A stretch of DNA of 64,000 nucleotides from the NCBI GenBank assembly GCA_035541255.1, contig DATKNR010000030.1, forward strand, positions 4,171-68,170, read 5' to 3'. Source of the stretch: Patescibacteria group bacterium. GTDB lineage: Bacteria > Acidobacteriota > Terriglobia > Acidiferrales > UBA7541. Positions 37,407 to 43,016 of this stretch are shown here, in pieces. The notes below the pieces were generated by a model that had not been told where the DNA came from, ran no database searches, and saw only the letters and a program-made list of their open reading frames with translations. How positions within the stretch are numbered: the first letter of the stretch is position 1; every line of letters begins with the position of its first letter. Made by a program: the position numbers and the translations under genes.

Positions 37407-39578
37407 ATGCGGCTCGGTCCCACTTCGCTGCGGGCCCAGGGTGCCGTGGCCCGTGCCCTGCGGCGTCCCAAGCTGCGGGAGGACCTCCAAATCAGTGAGC
37501 AAGTGGTCCGCGGCGAGACCAGCTTTGTCATCAAGGTTCCTCACCTGTTCAAATACGCGCGCTATGGACCGCTGGAATTCAGCGTATTGAAGCAGGCGGA
37601 TGGCACGCGAACCCTCGCGGAAATTGCCGCCGGCGTCAACGCGGAGGCCGGGGAAGAAGCGATCGGCGAAGCTGACGTCGGCGACTTCCTCGAATCCACC
37701 GATCCCGACCTGTGGGAGGAGGGAGCGGGGAAAAAGAATCTTGCCATCCTGGAAAAGATCCGCGAGGAACGACGCGAGCGCGTAAACACGGCAAGCGTTT
37801 TGTACATCCACTTTTCCGCGTGGAATCCCGACCGCACTCTCGAACGGATTCTGCCCTACCTCCGCTGGCTCTTCACCCCGTGGTTCGTCGCGTTCTCGGT
37901 GCTCCTGTACACCGTCATGGCAGTGATCCTGGCAAACAACTGGACGCGCGTGCAGAGCGACACGGTGGCGTTCTACACCTTCACGAATAAGACCCTCTAT
38001 GACATCTGGGAATTCTGGGCGATTTTGTTCGTGGTGATCGCCGTCCATGAGTTCGGCCACGGACTTACCTGCAAGTATTTTGGCGGTGAGGTGCCGCGGA
38101 TGGGCTTCATGCTCATCTATTTCGGGCCGGCCTTTTTCACCGACACGACGGACATGCACGTATTCGATAAGTCGTCGAAGCGGCTATGGGTCATTTTCGC
38201 CGGGCTGTGGATCGAAATGGTCATCTGCGCATTTGCCACGATTGCTTGGGCGCTTGCGCCTCCCGGCTCTTCCTTCAGCGACCTGTGTTACAAGACGGTC
38301 CTGCTCACCGGCGTCTCCGGGCTCATCTTCAACCTGAATCCGCTGATGAAGTACGACGGTTACTACGCGCTCATGCAGTTTCTCGAGATCGACAACATGC
38401 GCGAGGACGCTTTCGATTACCTGAAATTGTGGATGCGGCGCTACGTGCTGAGGCAGGACGTCGAGCTGCCTCAGGTGGGCAAGCGCCGGCGGCGGATCTT
38501 TCTCATTTATGCTTCGCTTGCCGTCCTGTATGGCGCATTCGTGCTGATTCTGGTCGCGGGGTGGCTCAGGAATTTCTTGGTGAATCGCCTCGGCGTGGGC
38601 TGGGGTTATTTAATCACGGCCGTGGCGTTGTACTTCATGACGCGCAAGAGTTTGTTGCCGGCACTTGCCACGGTGCGTAACCGCCTGCCCGTTTGGAAGG
38701 AGCATCTTATGGCCTGGAAAATGTCGAGAACGCAGCAGGTGGGAGTCGCCGCCGCTTTCCTTCTGATTCTGGTCACACCGATTTCTCGCACCACCACCAG
38801 CGAATTCCTGCTCGAGCCAGGCGTGCGAGCCGAGGCCCGTGCGCAGATGTCCGGATGGGTCGACCAGGTGCTCATCCGCTCCGGCGATTCCGTAAACCAG
38901 GGGCAGGTACTGGCCGTGTTGCGCAACCCCGAACTCGATGCCCATCTCCGCGAGCTCTCCGCGCAGCGTTCTCTCGCCGAGAATTCGCTTCTGGCGTCCC
39001 GCCAGCGGCGGGATAACAACGCCGCCGACGTCGCGTTCCGTGAATTCCAGCGTCTGGACGCGGCGGTGCACGAGGCCCGTGTGCAACAGGGTCACCTCTT
39101 GTTGCTGGCGCCGCACACGGGCGTTGTGACCACGCTCGGTGTGGAACAGACCGTAGGCGAATTCCTGCCGCAGGGCGGACTGTTTGCCGTCATCGCAGAC
39201 CGCAGTGTGATGCGCGCGCGCATCCTGGTGCGCGACTGGGAACTTCAGTATGTCACCGACGCCGCGTCCAACTCTCCGTCCGGTATGGAAGCCCTGCTCA
39301 ATGTGCGTTCCTATCCTTATCGCAGCTTTGAGGGCCGGGTGACGCGAATCCTGCCCGCGGCGGCGACGGACGAGCCCGTCACTCTTCCCAAAAGCCCGGA
39401 GAGGGCGGGTCAGCGCCTCAGCAACTACTTTGCTGTGGAGATGGAATTCCAGAATTCCGGGGGCGAATTGCGGGAAGGTATGACGGGCACTGCCAAAATC
39501 TATGGTGCACATCGGCGGCCACTGATCTGGCAGTGGACGCGGGGATCCTGGCGCTGGCTTCGTTCTGTTCTCTGGTAG
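37407..39578 (+). CDS. PqqD-like N-domain / M50 (site-2-protease-type) intramembrane zinc metalloprotease / HlyD-like C-domain fusion
   Basis: Starts 3 nt after the upstream stop. HEFGH zinc motif in a TM helix (FVVIAVHEFGHGLTCKYFGGEV). Second S2P motif FNLNPLMKYDGYY. Multiple TMs. C-terminal MFP-like lipoyl/coiled-coil/barrel (GWVDQVLIRSGDSVNQGQVLAVL ... LLAPHTGVVTT). Confidence 0.85.
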   Translation: MRLGPTSLRAQGAVARALRRPKLREDLQISEQVVRGETSFVIKVPHLFKYARYGPLEFSVLKQADGTRTLAEIAAGVNAEAGEEAIGEADVGDFLESTDPDLWEEGAGKKNLAILEKIREERRERVNTASVLYIHFSAWNPDRTLERILPYLRWLFTPWFVAFSVLLYTVMAVILANNWTRVQSDTVAFYTFTNKTLYDIWEFWAILFVVIAVHEFGHGLTCKYFGGEVPRMGFMLIYFGPAFFTDTTDMHVFDKSSKRLWVIFAGLWIEMVICAFATIAWALAPPGSSFSDLCYKTVLLTGVSGLIFNLNPLMKYDGYYALMQFLEIDNMREDAFDYLKLWMRRYVLRQDVELPQVGKRRRRIFLIYASLAVLYGAFVLILVAGWLRNFLVNRLGVGWGYLITAVALYFMTRKSLLPALATVRNRLPVWKEHLMAWKMSRTQQVGVAAAFLLILVTPISRTTTSEFLLEPGVRAEARAQMSGWVDQVLIRSGDSVNQGQVLAVLRNPELDAHLRELSAQRSLAENSLLASRQRRDNNAADVAFREFQRLDAAVHEARVQQGHLLLLAPHTGVVTTLGVEQTVGEFLPQGGLFAVIADRSVMRARILVRDWELQYVTDAASNSPSGMEALLNVRSYPYRSFEGRVTRILPAAATDEPVTLPKSPERAGQRLSNYFAVEMEFQNSGGELREGMTGTAKIYGAHRRPLIWQWTRGSWRWLRSVLW

Positions 39579-39623
39579 TCGGAAGCGCTCTTTCCGCAGT
39601 CGAGGAGATCGCGCGAAACGTTC

Positions 39624-39660
39624 CAAAAAGTAGAGGCCATCCCAGCGTCGGGATGGCCTC
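39624..39660 (-). terminator. intrinsic terminator of peptide gene P1
   Basis: Minus-strand hairpin GAGGCCATCCC-gacgct-GGGATGGCCTC followed by TACTTTTT. It lies 22 nt after the P1 stop. Confidence 0.7.
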
Positions 39661-39682
39661 CAAGGAAAATGCAAGGGGGCAG

Positions 39683-39751
39683 TTACTTCTTTGCGGAGAG
39701 AGTCTTGGTGCCGGAAAGCTTCTTGCCTCTCTTCAAGCTCTTCTTTGCCAT
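39683..39751 (-). CDS. Lys-rich mini-protein P1 (22 aa): MAKKSLKRGKKLSGTKTLSAKK
   Basis: Hand-translated. ATG 6 nt after GGAGGA. Paralogous to P2 and P3 at protein and DNA level. It has its own sigma-54-type promoter and terminator. The in-frame 78-aa track ORF 39683..39919 is the unsupported long form. Confidence 0.7.
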   Translation of the reverse strand: MAKKSLKRGKKLSGTKTLSAKK

Positions 39752-39808
39752 CTCCCATCCTCCGGGGCACCCGCCTTTCTTCCTGGCTTGCGCCCATCCG
39801 CTGTGTGT

Positions 39809-39826
39809 GAGCATTCTTAGTACCGA
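39809..39826 (-). promoter_or_regulatory. sigma-54-type promoter of P1 (tCGGTACtaagaaTGCTc)
   Basis: GG-N10-GC spacing with a TGC(T) -12 element. The GC lies 60 nt upstream of the P1 ATG. The -24 is weaker than in P2-P4 (CGG rather than TGG). Confidence 0.55.
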
Positions 39827-39952
39827 ATCCGCTGCAATGCAAGTGGCAGTATCCCGTGGGATCGGCTCGGGGCCGGAATCGGAAGTCGCGCTGCCCAAGC
39901 GTCCGGCTTGGAGATCCATTCATTGGCAGTCAGCTCGTGCACTGCGAATCTG

Positions 39953-39995
39953 AAAAACGAGGAGGCCGCCACCGGGGGGAGGTGGCGGCCTTTTG
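39953..39995. terminator. strong GC hairpin flanked by A/T tracts (terminator of the P4 transcript, possibly bidirectional)
   Basis: aaaaacgagga-GGCCGCCACC-gggggga-GGTGGCGGCC-ttttggggg. On the minus strand it is followed by tcctcgttttt. Confidence 0.55.
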
Positions 39996-40165
39996 GGGGT
40001 TACGGGCGGAGTAAAACTCAAAATCTTCGAATGTGATGACGGTCTGTCTCGCTCTGTTCTCCCAGGTCTTCCTTCTCATTCGTAAGCAGATTCAACTTCC
40101 AGCCATCGAAACCTTTTCCGCCTTGCGATCTCTCCAGACTGCGTCAATCAGGACTCAACGACTTA

Positions 40166-40183
40166 GTGCATTTTGCGAGCCAA
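40166..40183 (-). promoter_or_regulatory. fourth sigma-54-type promoter (tTGGCTCgcaaaaTGCAc) without a MAKK ORF
   Basis: Same GG-N10-GC/TGCA architecture as the P2 and P3 promoters. Downstream, at the equivalent distance (62 nt), there is only ATG GCT GGA AGT TGA. Confidence 0.5.
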
Positions 40184-40383
40184 ACGCAGAAGCGTGCTGA
40201 GTCCCCTCCCACACCCGGAAACAAAGCATTTATGGCCTGCTTCCGTCCGCACACCGGGGGAAAAACTCCGCCCGAGGGAGAAATCACCCCCTTCCGGAAA
40301 ATGCACTTGGGAGAACAAGAGCGCCATCACAATGCAGCGGAGGCGTGGCGTGGGACGCGGGGAGAAATTCCGGTTGTCGTGCA

Positions 40384-40419
40384 GGCAAAACAAAAGGGCC
40401 ATCCCGGATGGGATGGCCC
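40384..40419 (-). terminator. intrinsic terminator of peptide gene P2
   Basis: Minus-strand hairpin GGGCCATCCC-atcc-GGGATGGCCC followed by TTTTGTTTTG. It lies 27 nt after the P2 stop. Confidence 0.7.
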
Positions 40420-40446
40420 CGAAAGCGTTCAATTCAAGCTGTTCAG

Positions 40447-40533
40447 TTACCGAAGTCCCCGCATGTTATTTACGGCAGACAGGGTCTTCGAAGGCGCCAG
40501 CTTCTTGCCCTTCTTCAATTCTTTCTTCGCCAT
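40447..40533 (-). CDS. Lys-rich mini-protein P2 (28 aa): MAKKELKKGKKLAPSKTLSAVNNMRGLR
   Basis: Hand-translated. ATG 5 nt after GGGAGGA. The first 39 nt are nearly identical to P3. It has its own sigma-54-type promoter and terminator. Confidence 0.7.
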   Translation of the reverse strand: MAKKELKKGKKLAPSKTLSAVNNMRGLR

Positions 40534-40584
40534 GTGAATCCTCCCGGTGGATTTGGATATCGTTTACCTGCTTCACTGAAGTAG

Positions 40585-40602
40585 TAGCATTCCTGGGGCC
40601 AA
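40585..40602 (-). promoter_or_regulatory. sigma-54-type promoter of P2 (tTGGCCCcaggaaTGCTa)
   Basis: TGGC at -24 and TGCT at -12 with exact GG-N10-GC spacing. The GC lies 54 nt upstream of the ATG. The 5' UTR shares the block ATCCAAATCCA..GGAGGATTC with P3. Confidence 0.65.
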
Positions 40603-40714
40603 AGTTTGGGAAGATTTATGTCAATCTGGTTGTTCAATATAAACGGGTTAGCTTCGACGCTGGACGACCGCTGATTCGGGTTTGGCGTGCTTCGGGGCAT
40701 TCCTTGGCCCTTGA

Positions 40715-40732
40715 GGGGGAATAATTTCCACC
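40715..40732. promoter_or_regulatory. locus palindrome copy b (GGGGGAATAATTTCCACC), putative enhancer/UAS for P2
   Basis: Its centre lies about 123 bp upstream of the -24 GG of the P2 promoter. That is a typical bEBP enhancer distance. Confidence 0.5.
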
Positions 40733-40877
40733 GCTTTGGCCTGCTGACTGGCATGGTATCGAATCTCGTTGGCGAGCAAACGCGCCAGGACCGGAAGATG
40801 GCGCGAACAGGGAAGAGGGGAACCGCCTGAACGTTGCTGACAGATCAGGGAAGGGGATTGCCCATCTGTGCCGGAAA

Positions 40878-40913
40878 CGCAAAAGAAAAGGGCCACCCGG
40901 GTGTGGGTGGCCC
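40878..40913 (-). terminator. intrinsic terminator of peptide gene P3
   Basis: Minus-strand hairpin GGGCCACCC-acaccc-GGGTGGCCC followed by TTTTCTTTTG. It lies 20 nt after the P3 stop. Confidence 0.7.
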
Positions 40914-40933
40914 TTTGACCTCAGAAACTTGGA

Positions 40934-41008
40934 CTAGTAGGTGCCGCGTCCACCGAGGCTCTTCGTGCCGGCCAGCTTCTTGCCCTTCTTCAACGCTTTC
41001 TTCGCCAT
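40934..41008 (-). CDS. Lys-rich mini-protein P3 (24 aa): MAKKALKKGKKLAGTKSLGGRGTY
   Basis: Hand-translated. ATG 6 nt after GGAGGA. Paralogous to P1 and P2. It has its own sigma-54-type promoter and terminator. Confidence 0.7.
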   Translation of the reverse strand: MAKKALKKGKKLAGTKSLGGRGTY

Positions 41009-41059
41009 TTCGAATCCTCCAACTGGATTTGATAGGCCCCTGAGGGCTGAATGAGAGTC

Positions 41060-41077
41060 TTGCACTTCTCTTACCAA
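41060..41077 (-). promoter_or_regulatory. sigma-54-type promoter of P3 (tTGGTAAgagaagTGCAa)
   Basis: GG-N10-GC with a TGCA -12 element. The GC lies 54 nt upstream of the ATG, the same distance as in P2. Confidence 0.65.
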
Positions 41078-41187
41078 ATCCCGCGGCATTTTTTCCACAG
41101 CCGCCTGAAGCAAACAATGGGCTTAGAGGCGACGAAGTTGGGCACGCGGCCAAGAAAAAGTGGAAAAGGGGAGAAAGCAGGTCGTCA

Positions 41188-41204
41188 GGGGGAATTATTC
41201 CCCC
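41188..41204. promoter_or_regulatory. locus palindrome copy c (GGGGGAATTATTCCCCC, perfect 8-1-8), putative enhancer/UAS for P3
   Basis: Perfect inverted repeat. Its centre lies about 121 bp upstream of the -24 GG of the P3 promoter, matching the copy b/P2 geometry. Confidence 0.55.
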
Positions 41205-41366
41205 ATGGATGCCACCAGGAGAGGCTCTCATAGGCGATTCGCTCCCGGGGCTTCGTCCGCCTAATTTGGGAAATCGCAGAAGGCGGCCCCGAGTTGGTGG
41301 TTTTGCGGTGGCAAAAGGTGCCTGTACTTGGGGGGACGAGCCGAATTACCACAGGAGCTTCGGAGA

Positions 41367-42755
41367 CTATAATTGGTGCTTCCGGCAGAGATATTTCATC
41401 CGGTCTTTGTTCACACCCAGCAGTCTTGCCGCCTGGATTTTCACACCGGAGGCCTGTGCCAGCGCGGTCTCCACCCACTTTTTTTCGTAGGTTTCGAGCT
41501 CGGCTTCTAAGTCGAATCCGGAAGGTGGCAGGCGGAAACGGCCCCGCGCATCCCGGGTGGCGGCCTGCACGATGTCCCGGGGCAGATCACTCAGTTCTAT
41601 CCTGTCCCCATCCGTCATCAGCACGATGCGCTGCACCGCATTCTCCAGCTCGCGGACATTTCCAGGCCAGCGGTAGTTTTGCAGCGCCTGCATGGCTTCT
41701 TCGCTCACGGTCTTGGGTTCCGAGTGATTTGCCACGCAATACACGCGCACAAAATGGTTCACCAGCAGCGGAATATCCGACTCGCGCTCCCGCAGCGGCG
41801 GCAGAAACACGGGGACCACGTGAATCCGGAAGTACAAGTCTTCCCGGAACCGTTTTTCCTCGACTGCCGCTTCCAAATCCTCGTTCGTCGCTGTGAGCAG
41901 CCGAAAGTCCACTGCCAGCGGCCGTTTGCCGCCCAGATGAATCACCGCGTGGTCCTCCAGCACGCGCAGCAGCTTGCTCTGCAATGCCGGGGTCAGCGTA
42001 CCAATTTCGTCCAGGAACAGAGTTCCCCGGTGCGCCAACTCGATGCGTCCTTCCTTGCTTTCCGTGGCGCCGGTAAATGCCCCCTTCTCGTACCCGAAAA
42101 GCTCCGCCTCCATCAGGGTTTCCGGCAGTGCAGCGCAATTCACGCTGATAAAGGGACGTGCGCGCCGCTCGCTTAGGTCGTGGATGGCGTGCGCCACCAG
42201 CTCTTTTCCCGTTCCGCTCTCTCCGCGGATGCACACCGTGGTTGTTTTGGGAGCCACACGGCGGACCAGGTCGAAGATTGGCCGCATGGCGTCGCTCGCG
42301 CCAATCAGGTTTCCCAGCGATTCCTTCCGCTGGATCTGCTCCCGCAGGATGCGGTTCTCCCGTTCCACCCGCTGCTTTTCCACGGCCCGGTCCAGAAAGG
42401 GACGGAAAACGTCAGGGTCAATGGGGTGTGCGAAAAAATCGTACGCGCCCGATTCCATCGCGCGGACAGCCGTGGCTTTGCGCGGGTCGCGGCTCAGGAT
42501 TACGACCATCGTGTCCATCTCGCGGGAGCGCAGCCGTTCGACGAGCGCCTCGAACCGGCGGAAGCTCGCGGCCCCGGGTTCCAGGTTGTACAGGATCAAA
42601 TCGGGCCGCGCTTCATCGATCAACGGCCATTCCGATTCTTCCTCGGTGGACTGGTAGATCTCATAATCCGGGAGAAGCCGGCTCACCACCGGCTGCAGAC
42701 CGCTCACGTCGTTCGTCATGATGACGACGTGGCAGCGGCTTGGGTTGGGGGACAT
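41367..42755 (-). CDS. sigma-54 enhancer-binding protein with degenerate receiver domain
   Basis: AAA+ core ([27 protein letters not shown]) and C-terminal HTH (SGVKIQAARLLGVNKDRMKYL). The N-terminal REC-like fold has Asn in place of the phospho-Asp (PDLILYNLEP). ATG at 42755 was chosen because the track TTG start (42842) coincides with the -35 hexamer. Confidence 0.9.
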   Translation of the reverse strand: MSPNPSRCHVVIMTNDVSGLQPVVSRLLPDYEIYQSTEEESEWPLIDEARPDLILYNLEPGAASFRRFEALVERLRSREMDTMVVILSRDPRKATAVRAMESGAYDFFAHPIDPDVFRPFLDRAVEKQRVERENRILREQIQRKESLGNLIGASDAMRPIFDLVRRVAPKTTTVCIRGESGTGKELVAHAIHDLSERRARPFISVNCAALPETLMEAELFGYEKGAFTGATESKEGRIELAHRGTLFLDEIGTLTPALQSKLLRVLEDHAVIHLGGKRPLAVDFRLLTATNEDLEAAVEEKRFREDLYFRIHVVPVFLPPLRERESDIPLLVNHFVRVYCVANHSEPKTVSEEAMQALQNYRWPGNVRELENAVQRIVLMTDGDRIELSDLPRDIVQAATRDARGRFRLPPSGFDLEAELETYEKKWVETALAQASGVKIQAARLLGVNKDRMKYLCRKHQL

Positions 42756-42813
42756 ATGGGACTCGAGGTGCGTTGCCGGCCGCTCACAGGGCAGGCTCGC
42801 GCAGGCAGGCGCG

Positions 42814-42842
42814 ATTCTAGGAAGCGCCGCCCGGGTTGTCAA
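42814..42842 (-). promoter_or_regulatory. sigma-70-type promoter of the EBP gene
   Basis: On the minus strand: TTGACA (42842-42837), 17-nt spacer, TAGAAT (42819-42814). The -10 lies about 59 nt upstream of ATG 42755. Confidence 0.5.
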
Positions 42843-42871
42843 ATGAGATTGTCAGGCGAGCTACGCCCTGT

Positions 42872-42888
42872 GGTGGAATAATTTCCCC
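42872..42888. promoter_or_regulatory. locus palindrome copy d (GGTGGAATAATTTCCCC) just upstream of the EBP promoter
   Basis: Same GGAATAATTTCC core as copy b. It lies 30 bp upstream of the -35 hexamer, so autoregulation is plausible. Confidence 0.45.
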
Positions 42889-43016
42889 GTGGGGCAGCCA
42901 GCACCCTAAGCGGAACGATTCAGGCGGGCGGGGCCATTCGGGACAGCAGGAGGCCGCCAGGCACTCCTTGCCTCCCGTAGTCAGTGTGCGCATTCCCGCG
43001 TCTACTGCGCGACCGG

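Noticed and set aside
39683-39919. 78-aa ORF (MDLQAGRLGSATSDS...GWEMAKKSLKRGKKLSGTKTLSAKK) as the long form of P1.
   Set aside because: - The GGAGGA SD sits directly before the internal ATG.
- The sigma-54-type promoter lies inside the extension.
- Paralogues P2 and P3 start at the equivalent MAKK.
- The upstream 56 aa have no counterpart in them.
39964-39990. The hairpin as a plus-strand terminator of the GAF-HlyD/HlyD/M50 operon.
   Set aside because: It lies about 390 nt beyond the M50 stop, with the complete minus-strand P1 cassette in between. It is more economically explained as the end of the minus-strand transcript from the fourth promoter. Bidirectional function cannot be excluded.
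39930-40079. 49-aa minus-strand ORF MRRKTWENRARQTVITFEDFEFYSARNPQKAATSPRWRPPRFSDSQCTS downstream of the fourth sigma-54-type promoter.
   Set aside because: It has no SD, and the frame reads straight through the strong terminator hairpin at 39964-39990. It is kept only as a remote possibility under the orphan-transcript finding.
40163-41233. Track ORFs within the peptide region: 40163..40432(-), 40166..40537(+), 40173..40724(+), 40515..40754(-), 40634..40896(-), 40845..41231(-), 41051..41233(+).
   Set aside because: They run across the promoters, terminators and palindromes described above. They overlap each other in several frames, lack SD sites, and have no recognisable motifs.
41367-42842. 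TTG start at 42842 giving a 491-aa activator.
   Set aside because: The TTG is the first half of the TTGACA -35 hexamer of the best promoter candidate. The added 29 aa are Ala/Pro/Arg-rich, and the REC-like fold begins after ATG 42755.
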